Shown here in pieces: positions 55,993-64,000 of a stretch of 64,000 bases of DNA. The stretch comes from Pseudomonadota bacterium (lineage in GTDB: Bacteria > Pseudomonadota > Alphaproteobacteria > Reyranellales > Reyranellaceae): NCBI GenBank assembly GCA_020160995.1, contig JAIUOY010000078.1, positions 2,151-66,150 on the forward strand, written 5' to 3'. The notes under the pieces were generated by a model. That model saw only the letters and a program-made list of their open reading frames with translations. It ran no database searches and was not told where the DNA came from. Position 1 is the stretch's first letter, and each line of letters starts with the position of its first letter. The translations under genes were made by a program, and so were the position numbers.

Positions 55993-57066
55993 ATGGTCCA
56001 TACGCCACGCCGCCACGCCCTCGGGATGATCGCCGCGCTCCTCGCGTCCGGCGCCGCATCCCGTACTCTTCCCGCCGCGGCGCAGACGACCACTGCGCCT
56101 GCCCCCACGCCGGCCCCCACACCTGCCCCCGCGCCGGCCGCCACTCCCGCCACGCCAGCCACGTCGTTCCCGACGCGGCCGATCCGGCTGATCGTGCCGC
56201 ATGCGCCGGGCGGCAACTCCGACACGTTCGGCCGCATCCTGGCGCAGAAGATGGGCGAGCGGATCGGCCAGCAGGTCGTGGTCGAGAACCGGCCGGGCGC
56301 CGGCGGCACGCTGGGCAGCGCGATGGTCTCCAAGTCGCCGCCCGACGGCTACACGCTGGTGGTGGCCGACAACGGCACGCACGCCATCGCGCCCACGCTC
56401 TACGGCGCCAAGCTCAACTACGACGTCTTCAAGGACTTCACGCCGATCACGCTGGCCGCCACCTTCCCGACCGTGATCATGATCCACCCGTCGGTGCCGG
56501 CGCAGAACGCCCAGGAATTCGTGGCGCTGGCCAAGAGCCAGCCGGGCAAGCTCACCTATTCGTCGGCCGGCACGGGCAACGGCTCGCATCTCACCGTCGA
56601 GCTGTTCCGCGCGGCCGCCGGCGGCCTCGACATGGTGCACGTCCCCTACAAGGGCGGCGCGCCGGCGGTGCAGGCACTGCTGGCCGGCGAGGTGCAACTG
56701 TCGTCGGTCAGCGTCAACACGGCGCTGCCGCACATCCAGGCCGGCAAGGTGCGGGCGCTGGGCATGGCGTCGATGAAGCGCTCGCCCGCCCTGCCCGACG
56801 TGCCGACCTTCGCCGAGAACGGCATTCCCTTCGAGGCCGACAGCTGGCTGGCCATCATGGGTCCGCCCGGCATTCCGGCCGACGTCGCGGCGAAGCTCAA
56901 CCAGGAGATCGCCGCCACCCTGCGCGAGCCCGAGACGCAGGAACGCCTGGCCAAGCTCGGCCTGGTCGTCGTCGCCTCGCCGCAAGCCGGCCTGACCGAC
57001 GTGCTGAAACGCGACGTGCCGAAGTGGGGCAAGGCCGTCAAGGATTCCGGCGCGGTTACGGACTAG
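55993..57066 (+). CDS. Bug/TctC tripartite tricarboxylate transporter substrate-binding protein
   Basis: Tat-like RR signal; FPTRPIRLIVPHAPGG; VENRPGAGG; HVPYKGGAPA. Confidence 0.95.
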   Translation: MVHTPRRHALGMIAALLASGAASRTLPAAAQTTTAPAPTPAPTPAPAPAATPATPATSFPTRPIRLIVPHAPGGNSDTFGRILAQKMGERIGQQVVVENRPGAGGTLGSAMVSKSPPDGYTLVVADNGTHAIAPTLYGAKLNYDVFKDFTPITLAATFPTVIMIHPSVPAQNAQEFVALAKSQPGKLTYSSAGTGNGSHLTVELFRAAAGGLDMVHVPYKGGAPAVQALLAGEVQLSSVSVNTALPHIQAGKVRALGMASMKRSPALPDVPTFAENGIPFEADSWLAIMGPPGIPADVAAKLNQEIAATLREPETQERLAKLGLVVVASPQAGLTDVLKRDVPKWGKAVKDSGAVTD

Positions 57067-57524
57067 CGGAGATCCTTGATCGAGAAGGTGTCGCCTCCCA
57101 TCGGCGACTGCCGGCGGCAGACGTCCGCGACCGCGTCGACCGAGTTCCGCAGAAAGTCGGAGGCGATCGGTGTCACTTCCGAGGCCGCCATGGGCGCGGC
57201 GCGGCCGTCCTTTCCGATCACGTACAGGTCGAGAACCACCCTCACATAGTCGCCATGCTGAGACAGGGCGTAGATCGAACGATTGCCGTGCTTGTCGGCG
57301 ACGATCTGCCCGGGCGCCTGCGTCTCGGTCAGCCGGAATTTGTTGCGAAGCAGATTGAGCGTTATCCCGCGCTGCATGCAGTCGACGTTCGCGCCGTAGC
57401 CCACGGCCTCCAGGCTGGCCCCGAGAGTACCGGGGGCAGCCACCTCGGCAGGGAGGTAGGCGCAGGCCCCCGCCGCAAGAGCCGCGCCCAGCATCGCGGC
57501 ACTCGAACGCATCGCTCGCTTCAT
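57063..57524 (-). CDS. Lipoprotein, paralog B
   Basis: Lipobox AGAC; aligns along its length with 54768-55220. Confidence 0.75.
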   Translation of the reverse strand: MKRAMRSSAAMLGAALAAGACAYLPAEVAAPGTLGASLEAVGYGANVDCMQRGITLNLLRNKFRLTETQAPGQIVADKHGNRSIYALSQHGDYVRVVLDLYVIGKDGRAAPMAASEVTPIASDFLRNSVDAVADVCRRQSPMGGDTFSIKDLR

Positions 57525-57632
57525 CTCTCCTCCGGTCACGCGCGACGGGATGAAGCAACAAAACAGACGATGGAGCAACCGGCCGGAGGGAGACGTGCGA
57601 CCGAAGCCGCGCGTCTCCCTCCGTACCCGTCC

Positions 57633-58904
57633 TCAGCAGGCGTAGAATATGATCTCGTCGTCGCCGTTCAGGCGATTGAACTGCAATGCGGCGTCGAGGG
57701 CCTGCAGGCCGTTGCGGTCCTTGTAGGTGAGGCCGGTGTACTGGACGCAGGGCGCGTGGATGTACCAGCTGTTGCCCGGCGTCGTGCCGACCCGCATGCC
57801 GAAGGGCATCAGGCGGGCGTTGGCGAGCTTGGTCCAGAAGTCCTGGCTGGCGACCAGCGTGGCTTCCGGGTCGATGCCGCCGGAGCTGCCGCGGTCGGTG
57901 ATGCGCAGGCCGGTGTAGCCGTTGGCCGCGTTGATCGAGGTGCGCGGGTCGATCTTGTTGGCGATGTCGAAGCTGAACGTGTCGACCACGCACGGGTTGT
58001 TGAGCGGGCCCGCGACGCCGAAGCCGTCGACATGCAGGCGGCCGAGTTCGACCTGCTGCGGCAGGGTCGACTCGAACACCGGCGCGGCCGGAAAGGCCGC
58101 ATCCGTCGGCGTGCTGTAGATGCCGGTGAACTCGAACTCCACCGTGGCGCGCCCGCCGGCCTGCGCATTCACCTTGAAGGTGCCGTAGCAGCCAGTCGCC
58201 TCGTGCAGCACGCCGTCCTTGTAGAGGCGCAGCGAGACGCTCTCCTGCTGGTTCTCGACCGAGGTCGGCTGATACTTGATGCCGGCCGGAAAGACCGTGA
58301 CGATCCACTTCTGCCCCGCGATCAGCGATCCGCTCCAGGTCGGCGTGACCGTGGCGCCCGCGAGACCGCCGGTCGTCAGCGTGGCCGCCGTGCCGGAGAT
58401 CATGTCGACGCCCACTTGCGCGGCCGTGCCATCGTCGGCCGTGATCGTCATCTCCGCCGTGCCCGAGAGGCCGCCGGTCGTGACGTCGATCAGCAGCGTC
58501 TTCGGCTCGGTGATGCCGGAGAAGCTACCGCCGGTCGCCCAGGTGACGGTCGGGCCGCCAGCGACGTTGCCGATTGGCAGGAACGCGCCCTACCAGGCCG
58601 ACGCCTTGTTCTCGGCGACCAGCGAGCAGGCGCGCAGCAGGCGGCCCAGCCGGCTTTCCGAGCCGACCGTGCCGCTGCCGCGCAGCTCGTGCGTGAAAGA
58701 GATCTTGGAGATCTTGCGGCCGATCATGTCGGGCGTCGGCGAGAGATCGGCGCGATAGAGCGGCCGGTCGATGTTCTGGAGATCGATCTTGTAGTCGGCG
58801 TTCTCGACCAGAATCGGGCTGGTCGAATCGCTGAACGCGGGCAGCGTGCCGTAGGCCGGCTCGATGCCGGCATAGAGCATGGTCTTGCGGGTGAGAATGG
58901 ACAT
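57633..58904 (-). pseudogene. Major tail tube protein interrupted by one in-frame TAG (58590-58592)
   Basis: The ORFs ending at 58590 and at 57633 share one frame with a single TAG between them; LLRAC, YQPTS, DGVLHEATGCYG, YxDRNG tail-tube motifs. Confidence 0.85.
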
Positions 58905-58934
58905 GGAAGCCCCTCCTTGGGCCAAAGGGATTGA

Positions 58935-59693
58935 TTAGACGGCGACGGTAGCGGCAACGCCGCCGGTGGCATCGCCCAGCGCGTTGAGCTTGGTGGCGAG
59001 TTCCTTCACGGCGTTGGCGATCTTCTGCATCGCCGCGCCGGCATCGGCTGCCTTGACGATGGCGTTGGCCGCCGTCGCATCGGCGCCCGAGGCCGCCGTG
59101 CCGGTGCCTTCGGGAATGTCGGCGAAGACGAGGCTGTAGGCCGGCGTGCCGCCCGACAGGTCGACGATCTCCGCCGCCCCGCAGGCGACGGCGAGCTTGT
59201 TCGTGTGCAGGACGAGCTGGGCCACGGCGTTCTTGAGCCGCGTCAGCACGACGTTCGCGCCGGCGGCCGAGGCCATCGCGGTGCCGACGCCGGTGTAGGA
59301 GACATCGATGGCGGCGATGGTGCCGTCCGCGGACGTGCCGACGATGTTGTCGACCAGTGCGCCGCCCAGCGCCGGCACGCGCGCATTGAGGAGATTGACC
59401 TGGGCGATCAGCTCCTTCAGCGCGTCGGTGGCATTGGCGAAGCCCGCTTCCAGCTCGGCCTTCTGGGCGGCGTCGCTGCTGCCGAGCGCGGCCGGCACGA
59501 AGCTGCCGATGGCCTCGATCGTGCCGTTGGCGGTCTGGCCGCCCGAGTTGTCGGTGAGATCGGTTACAGTCGACGCGGCGATGCGGGCCAGCGACTGGGC
59601 CAGGCCGCGCATCGCGGGCGTGAGCCCGTTGCCGTCGGCGCGAAAGATCTGGCTGCCCGCCGCATACTGCGTTCGGGAAATCCTGACGGTCAT
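58935..59693 (-). CDS. Virion structural protein (head fibre/decoration-like)
   Basis: Three internal D(N/L)xxG...I repeats separated by helices; lies between tail terminator and tail tube. Confidence 0.55.
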   Translation of the reverse strand: MTVRISRTQYAAGSQIFRADGNGLTPAMRGLAQSLARIAASTVTDLTDNSGGQTANGTIEAIGSFVPAALGSSDAAQKAELEAGFANATDALKELIAQVNLLNARVPALGGALVDNIVGTSADGTIAAIDVSYTGVGTAMASAAGANVVLTRLKNAVAQLVLHTNKLAVACGAAEIVDLSGGTPAYSLVFADIPEGTGTAASGADATAANAIVKAADAGAAMQKIANAVKELATKLNALGDATGGVAATVAV

Positions 59694-59822
59694 TGGAGCA
59701 CCTCGTTGTGCGGGATGCGGGTGCATCCCTCCATGCCCGCCCCGGACTGGCACCGCCCCCGCCCGCCCGGTATCGCTCCCGGCCGCCGTGGTTCGGCGCT
59801 GCGCCAACGAAGATTGCTACCT

Positions 59823-59852
59823 ATGCGTGTTTTACTTTACAAATACACGCAT
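59823..59852. promoter_or_regulatory. Inverted repeat ATGCGTGT-N14-ACACGCAT in a divergent promoter
   Basis: Perfect 8-bp arms around an AT-rich spacer. Confidence 0.55.
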
Positions 59853-59895
59853 ATAGAGTGGCGTCGCTGAAACATCCTGGATTGGAGAAGCTGCG

Positions 59896-60195
59896 ATGTC
59901 GGGGCTCTTTCGGAAACTGATGCTCGTCGCGGGCATCGGCATGATCGGAATGGCATTCCCAGGCGGCGCCAATGCCGCCCCGATGGGTTCCTACCAGCCG
60001 TCGCTGGCGGACCACGGCGGCTCCTTCACTCTCGCAGGCAATGGATCGCGCTATGGCGATACAAGGGACGGCTACACCACGGTGATCGTGACGAACCGCG
60101 GCCAGAACGGCTACCCCGACCACGTCGTCAAGCAGCGTGTCCGCTGCTGGAGCCAGTACTACGACGGCTACCGCCAACGCATCGCGAAGTGCTGA
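59896..60195 (+). CDS. Small exported protein (moron)
   Basis: Signal peptide ending GANA; GGAGAAG site upstream. Confidence 0.6.
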   Translation: MSGLFRKLMLVAGIGMIGMAFPGGANAAPMGSYQPSLADHGGSFTLAGNGSRYGDTRDGYTTVIVTNRGQNGYPDHVVKQRVRCWSQYYDGYRQRIAKC

Positions 60196-60309
60196 TCGCA
60201 GCCCTGTGCGCGCAACCAACGAACGGCGCAACTCAACCTAAAAGAGTTTTACACAGACGAAATGCGCCTATACGGTCAGGCCGTTTCAGTCGAAGTGAAA
60301 AGGAAGACA

Positions 60310-60894
60310 ATGCGCCTGTTGCTGCTGCTTGCCGTCGCCGTTGCGATCTCGGCCTGTTCACCACCTCCGCCGAGTCCGTCCCGCGCTTCGGGCTCGCCCA
60401 CCAGCACGGCCCGATCTTCCGATACGTACGATCCGCATTCTCCCCATATCGAGAGCGACCCCTATTCGACAACCATCGACGTCAAAACCAAATCTGCAAC
60501 CCGCAAAGGCACCGAAGTCACCGAGGTCTACGGCCTCTACTCGAAGACGCTCCGCAAGGGCAATGCCACGCGCGTCTATGTCCAGTGGTCGGCCATCTAT
60601 AGCGACCGGACATGGCATATCTACAACCGGGCCTCGAACGACAAGGGTCAGTCGTACGACTTCCAGGAAGTGGAGCGCGACGTTGGTAGCTGCCGCTCCC
60701 AGCGTTGTGTTTATCGAGAGACCTACAACATCATTATTCCCTTGGCCGACCTCAAGCGCGGCGCGACCGACGGCATCCGGTTCAAGATCTATGCGCGCAG
60801 CGGCGACAGCGCCGTCGTCGAGCTTCCCGCCTCGCTGATCGTCCAGTTCAACGAAAAGTTCGCCGAGGCCCAGAAGATGCGCGCCGGGTCCTGA
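60310..60894 (+). CDS. Lipoprotein (moron)
   Basis: MRLLLLLAVAVAISAC lipobox; Pro/Ser linker; C-x4-C. Confidence 0.75.
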   Translation: MRLLLLLAVAVAISACSPPPPSPSRASGSPTSTARSSDTYDPHSPHIESDPYSTTIDVKTKSATRKGTEVTEVYGLYSKTLRKGNATRVYVQWSAIYSDRTWHIYNRASNDKGQSYDFQEVERDVGSCRSQRCVYRETYNIIIPLADLKRGATDGIRFKIYARSGDSAVVELPASLIVQFNEKFAEAQKMRAGS

Positions 60895-60964
60895 CGGACC
60901 GGGCTTTGCTTCAGTCGTTTGGGACCGTACAAAGCGCGTCGGTCACTATCGAGAGAACTGAAGA

Positions 60965-61369
60965 ATGCCCTCCGTCATTGCCGCGATCCTGGAATCGTCG
61001 GCGTTCCTCGTGCTCGCACGGGTGCTGCTCACCTTCGTCTTCTGGTCGTCCGGGCTCGCCAAGCTGTTCGGCTTCAACGCCGCCATCGCCGAGATGGAGA
61101 TGTTCGGCCTTCATCCCGGCTGGCTGTTCGCCGTCGCGACCATCATCGTGCAGCTCGGCGGCTCGCTGGCGGTGATCCTGAACCGCGGCGTCTGGCTCGG
61201 CACCGGCGCGCTCGCCATCTTCACCTTGCTGACCATCCCCATCGTCCACGACTTCTGGAACAAGACCGGCATGGACGCCTTTCACCACATGGTGGTCTCG
61301 TTCGAGCATGTGTCGATGGTCGGCGGCCTGGCGCTGGCGGCGATCCTGTCGAAGAAGACGGCGCGCTGA
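60965..61369 (+). CDS. DoxX family membrane protein
   Basis: LARVLLTFVFWSSGLAKL...QLGGSLAV...HDFW...EHVSMVGGL. Confidence 0.9.
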   Translation: MPSVIAAILESSAFLVLARVLLTFVFWSSGLAKLFGFNAAIAEMEMFGLHPGWLFAVATIIVQLGGSLAVILNRGVWLGTGALAIFTLLTIPIVHDFWNKTGMDAFHHMVVSFEHVSMVGGLALAAILSKKTAR

Positions 61370-61380
61370 CTCTCTCTCGC

Positions 61381-61492
61381 TCTGACCCCTCCGCCCCTGC
61401 GGGGCACCTCCCCATCTGAATGGGGAGGAGGATGACTTCGCCTCCCCCGTCAACGGGGGAGGTGGCGGCGTCTTCGCCGTCGGAGGGGTCAA
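61381..61492. repeat. Palindromic repeat family C, composite copy
   Basis: TGACCCCTCCG...CGGAGGGGTCA ends with two internal hairpins. Confidence 0.85.
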
Positions 61493-61511
61493 GTCCCTTC
61501 CGCCTCCGGCG

Positions 61512-61982
61512 TCACACGATCCGGCGCGGGTCCTTGATCGAGTGGCGGTACTTCATCGTGTAGAGGAGCACGCCGGCGACATGGCGCTGGTTCTCGTCCT
61601 CGACGTCGGAGTCGTTGCTGGTCTCCACCAGGTCGATCACCAACCCGCCCAGGGTCGGGTCCTCGGCGAGGCGGCGCTGGACCGCGCCGAAATAGGCATT
61701 CATCTCGCTGCTGGGCTGCGCACCCGATTGCACGACCAGCTTGATCTCGAGCGCCACCGTCAGGCTGCACTCGCGCACCATGTGGAGGTCGCGCTTCGTC
61801 TCGCGGCCATCGAAGATGCCGAGCGAGCGTTGCTTGCGATAAGCCCAGTCGCGCAGCGGCGCGCGCACCACGAGATCCCAGGCGAAACCATAGTCGCCCG
61901 CGGGCTGCGTCCTGATGATCTGTTCGAGGGCAGCCAGCGCGCGTTCGCGCACCGTCAGTTGGTTGGGAACGAACTCAGCCAC
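61512..61982 (-). CDS. Tail terminator-like protein
   Basis: RRLAEDPTLGGLVIDLVE...YRH pattern; neck-gene position. Confidence 0.7.
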   Translation of the reverse strand: MAEFVPNQLTVRERALAALEQIIRTQPAGDYGFAWDLVVRAPLRDWAYRKQRSLGIFDGRETKRDLHMVRECSLTVALEIKLVVQSGAQPSSEMNAYFGAVQRRLAEDPTLGGLVIDLVETSNDSDVEDENQRHVAGVLLYTMKYRHSIKDPRRIV

Positions 61983-61994
61983 CGTTCATCTCCT

Positions 61995-62366
61995 TCAGCC
62001 CATCTCCTTGAGGATCGCCTTGAGCGCGCGTTCCAGGAAGTAGTCGCGCTCGCCGTCGAGCGCGCGCAGCACCTCGATCCGCGTCCGGCCGCGCTTCGTC
62101 TGCGCCTGCATCAGGTACGGCGTGCGCCTGAGGCCCTGCCGTCGCGCCGTCAGGAGCACGCGGCCCCTGATGTCGCCCAGGCTGCTGCCCGCAATCTCGA
62201 CGCTGGCCCCCGAGCCGGCGGTCGCGCCTTTCAGGTAGGTTTCGAGTTCGCGCCGCAGCGCCCCCGGCACGCGCTGCCAATCGTCGGCGAACGCCTTGGC
62301 GACCGCCTCGAAGCCCGCCGCGGCGTCGGTGTAGCGTCGGCCGCGGAACGAGACTTCGATGCCCAT
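61995..62366 (-). CDS. Tail completion/neck protein (possibly internally shortened)
   Basis: Position in the head-tail joining cluster. Confidence 0.55.
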   Translation of the reverse strand: MGIEVSFRGRRYTDAAAGFEAVAKAFADDWQRVPGALRRELETYLKGATAGSGASVEIAGSSLGDIRGRVLLTARRQGLRRTPYLMQAQTKRGRTRIEVLRALDGERDYFLERALKAILKEMG

Positions 62367-62379
62367 TGCGCGACGCCCG

Positions 62380-63012
62380 TCAGACGACGACGCCGGCGCG
62401 CGGCGTCTCGGCCCAGGGCAGGTAGCGCGCGTGACGCTCCAGGATGCGCACGAGCTGGCCTTGCAGCAGCCGCGCGTCGGCCGTCGACTGGTTCTGCACG
62501 AACATGGGATGCGCGCTCAACGCCACGCGGGCATGCAGCCGCGCCGCCAGCGCCAGCCAATCCGGCACGGCGTCGAAATGCTGGCCGTCGGTCGCCGTGA
62601 AGCCCGCGGTGTAGGACACGCGGAACCACCACGGACGGAAGCCGCCGAGCGCCTCGCCGGCGCCTCCCCCGGGCGCGATCGACACGACGCCCTTCTCGGG
62701 GTCGACGGTCGCCGTGGCGGTGAGGTCGATCTCGTTCGTGCCGAACTCGGCCGGCAGACGTGCGGCCGTCACCGTCGGCGTCCCAACGAGGAAGCCGCGC
62801 AAAAGGCCCAGCCGCACGAGATGGCCGGCCGGATACTGGCCGATCTCCACGGCAAAATCGTCGCGCGCCGTCGTCCGCTCCAGGGTGGTGCGGAGACGGC
62901 TCGCGATATCGTCCGTCGCGGCATCGAGCGCGGCCAGGATGGCGTTGTCGCCGTCCTGACCGGCCTCGACACCCAGCGCTTCCCGGACGGAAAGCAGGCT
63001 GGCGAGCTTCAT
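62380..63012 (-). CDS. Head-tail connector/adaptor
   Basis: KLASLLSVREALG...DNAILAALDAAT; RVSYTAGF...VPDWL. Confidence 0.75.
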   Translation of the reverse strand: MKLASLLSVREALGVEAGQDGDNAILAALDAATDDIASRLRTTLERTTARDDFAVEIGQYPAGHLVRLGLLRGFLVGTPTVTAARLPAEFGTNEIDLTATATVDPEKGVVSIAPGGGAGEALGGFRPWWFRVSYTAGFTATDGQHFDAVPDWLALAARLHARVALSAHPMFVQNQSTADARLLQGQLVRILERHARYLPWAETPRAGVVV

Positions 63013-63043
63013 GATGTCCTCGCTTGTGGTCGGACGCCGAGAG

Positions 63044-64000
63044 CTAGACCGTGCCGATGTTCGTGTACTTCACGATGGCGTCGGTCTCCTCGACCTGCAC
63101 GGCCACGCGGGCGGTCAGCACGACGATGTAGACGCGCTCGCTGATGTTCTTGTCGAACTCCAGGCTGATCTGGCGCTGGATGCCGAAGATCAGGTTGAGC
63201 GGGTTGGTGAACAGGCCCAGCGCCTCGGGCATGAGCTGCACCGCCTTCATCGGCACGCCGTAGGGCGAGAGCAGCCCGCTGGTCTGGACCTGCAGGTCGC
63301 CCAGCACGCCGACGCGATTGGCCAGCGTGTCGCGATACTCGGTCTCCTGGTTCACCGACACGAAGTGGCGCATCGCCGCCTTGTTGCGGAGATACTGGAC
63401 CGGCATGTCGGTCATGCCCTTCTTGAACATCTCCTTGGCGATGGCGGCATTGGCCCAGTTCACGACATGGCCGGCGCCCGCGAGCTTCAGCCAGCCGTCG
63501 AACATCGAGAGATAGGCCTGGTCGTCGGCGTCGCCCGGATTGGTGTAGGCGGTGTCGCCTAGCAGGCACAGTTCTTCGAGGTCGAGCGCCGCACGCTCGG
63601 CGATCAAGGTCACCAGCGTCTCCTGCAGGCCGCTCGACCACGGGCTGTTCGACGGCTCGTTGCCGGCCGCGACCGCGCGCTCGATATTGTCCTCCAGCAC
63701 GTCGTAGGGCAGCCGGATCTCGGCCATCACCTCCTGGGTGGAGAGCATGATGTGCTCGGTGCCGGGCTTGGCGCGCTGCGCCTGGGTCAGCGCCACGCCG
63801 GACTGCGCCTTGCGCAGGATGCGGTTGGCAAAGCCGATCTTGTTGATCTTGCGCTGCGGCGCCGCCATCTCGACGACCCTCGCCTCCTTGATGAGCGTCG
63901 GCTCCTTGATGAGCTTGCGGATGAAGGCCGCGCCCTGTTCGGGCATCAGCAGGCCGCCATTGGCCGAGAGGTCGGCGAGCGCGAGGTCGGCTTTCTGCAG
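63044..64000 (-). CDS. Major capsid protein, HK97 fold (5' partial)
   Basis: Open to the window end: GGLLMPEQGAAFI...KINKIGFANRIL...LPYDVLEDNIE...FTNPLNLIFG. Confidence 0.92.
   Translation of the reverse strand: MQKADLALADLSANGGLLMPEQGAAFIRKLIKEPTLIKEARVVEMAAPQRKINKIGFANRILRKAQSGVALTQAQRAKPGTEHIMLSTQEVMAEIRLPYDVLEDNIERAVAAGNEPSNSPWSSGLQETLVTLIAERAALDLEELCLLGDTAYTNPGDADDQAYLSMFDGWLKLAGAGHVVNWANAAIAKEMFKKGMTDMPVQYLRNKAAMRHFVSVNQETEYRDTLANRVGVLGDLQVQTSGLLSPYGVPMKAVQLMPEALGLFTNPLNLIFGIQRQISLEFDKNISERVYIVVLTARVAVQVEETDAIVKYTNIGTV

Larger units (their letters stand above)
4488..64000 (-). mobile_element. Large siphovirus-type prophage (continues past window end), heavily interrupted by cargo
   Basis: Capsid, tail and replication genes co-oriented on the minus strand in canonical order; left boundary approximate, no att site or integrase seen. 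Confidence 0.9.

Noticed and set aside
58590-58592. Phage-wide TAG reassignment (alternative genetic code)
   Set aside because: TAG terminates the capsid (63044), M (50154), I (44478) and fibre (35176) genes at sensible junctions, and only one internal TAG was found.
54819-58934. 1371-aa plus-strand ORF and other very long ORFs (35988-39656, 36359-40012, 18571-20706, 28938-30734)
   Set aside because: They are antisense or off-frame shadows of well-supported genes in GC-rich DNA, Arg/Ala/Gly-rich with no motifs.
4424-64000. Alphaproteobacterial LexA boxes (GTTC-N7-GTTC) controlling induction
   Set aside because: The candidates I checked by eye had the wrong spacing (N3, N8, N12); a systematic scan was not possible.

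Overview
GC-rich alphaproteobacterial chromosome segment (host assignment is inference). Positions 1-2.5 kb hold ordinary host genes (azlCD, YdcH/DUF465, TIGR02444). A DUF262+HNH (GmrSD-like) nuclease marks an apparent island edge at about 2.6-4.1 kb. From about 4.5 kb to beyond the window end lies a large siphovirus-type prophage whose core genes are all on the minus strand: capsid, head-tail joining genes, tail tube, G/GT chaperones, tape measure, lambda-like M/L/K/I/J tail tip, two fibre modules (one with a T-even gp38-like adhesin), dNMP kinase, initiator with internal iterons, loader, DnaB helicase, primase and SSB. The phage backbone is interrupted by at least ten cargo blocks: candidate defence genes, an R-M+Vsr operon coupled to a dead IS1595 transposase, a sulfatase, a TctC-type binding protein, lipoproteins, a peptidoglycan-binding/nuclease/peptidase cluster, and an unexplained three-gene operon. 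It also carries about 15 host-type palindromic repeats, some read in frame. The tail-tube gene has a single in-frame TAG. No integrase, DNA polymerase or lysis cassette is visible in the window. Together this suggests a long-resident, partly domesticated prophage acting as a cargo hotspot. Three cargo blocks sit between diverged direct duplications. All family assignments come from motif recognition by eye; no database search was run.
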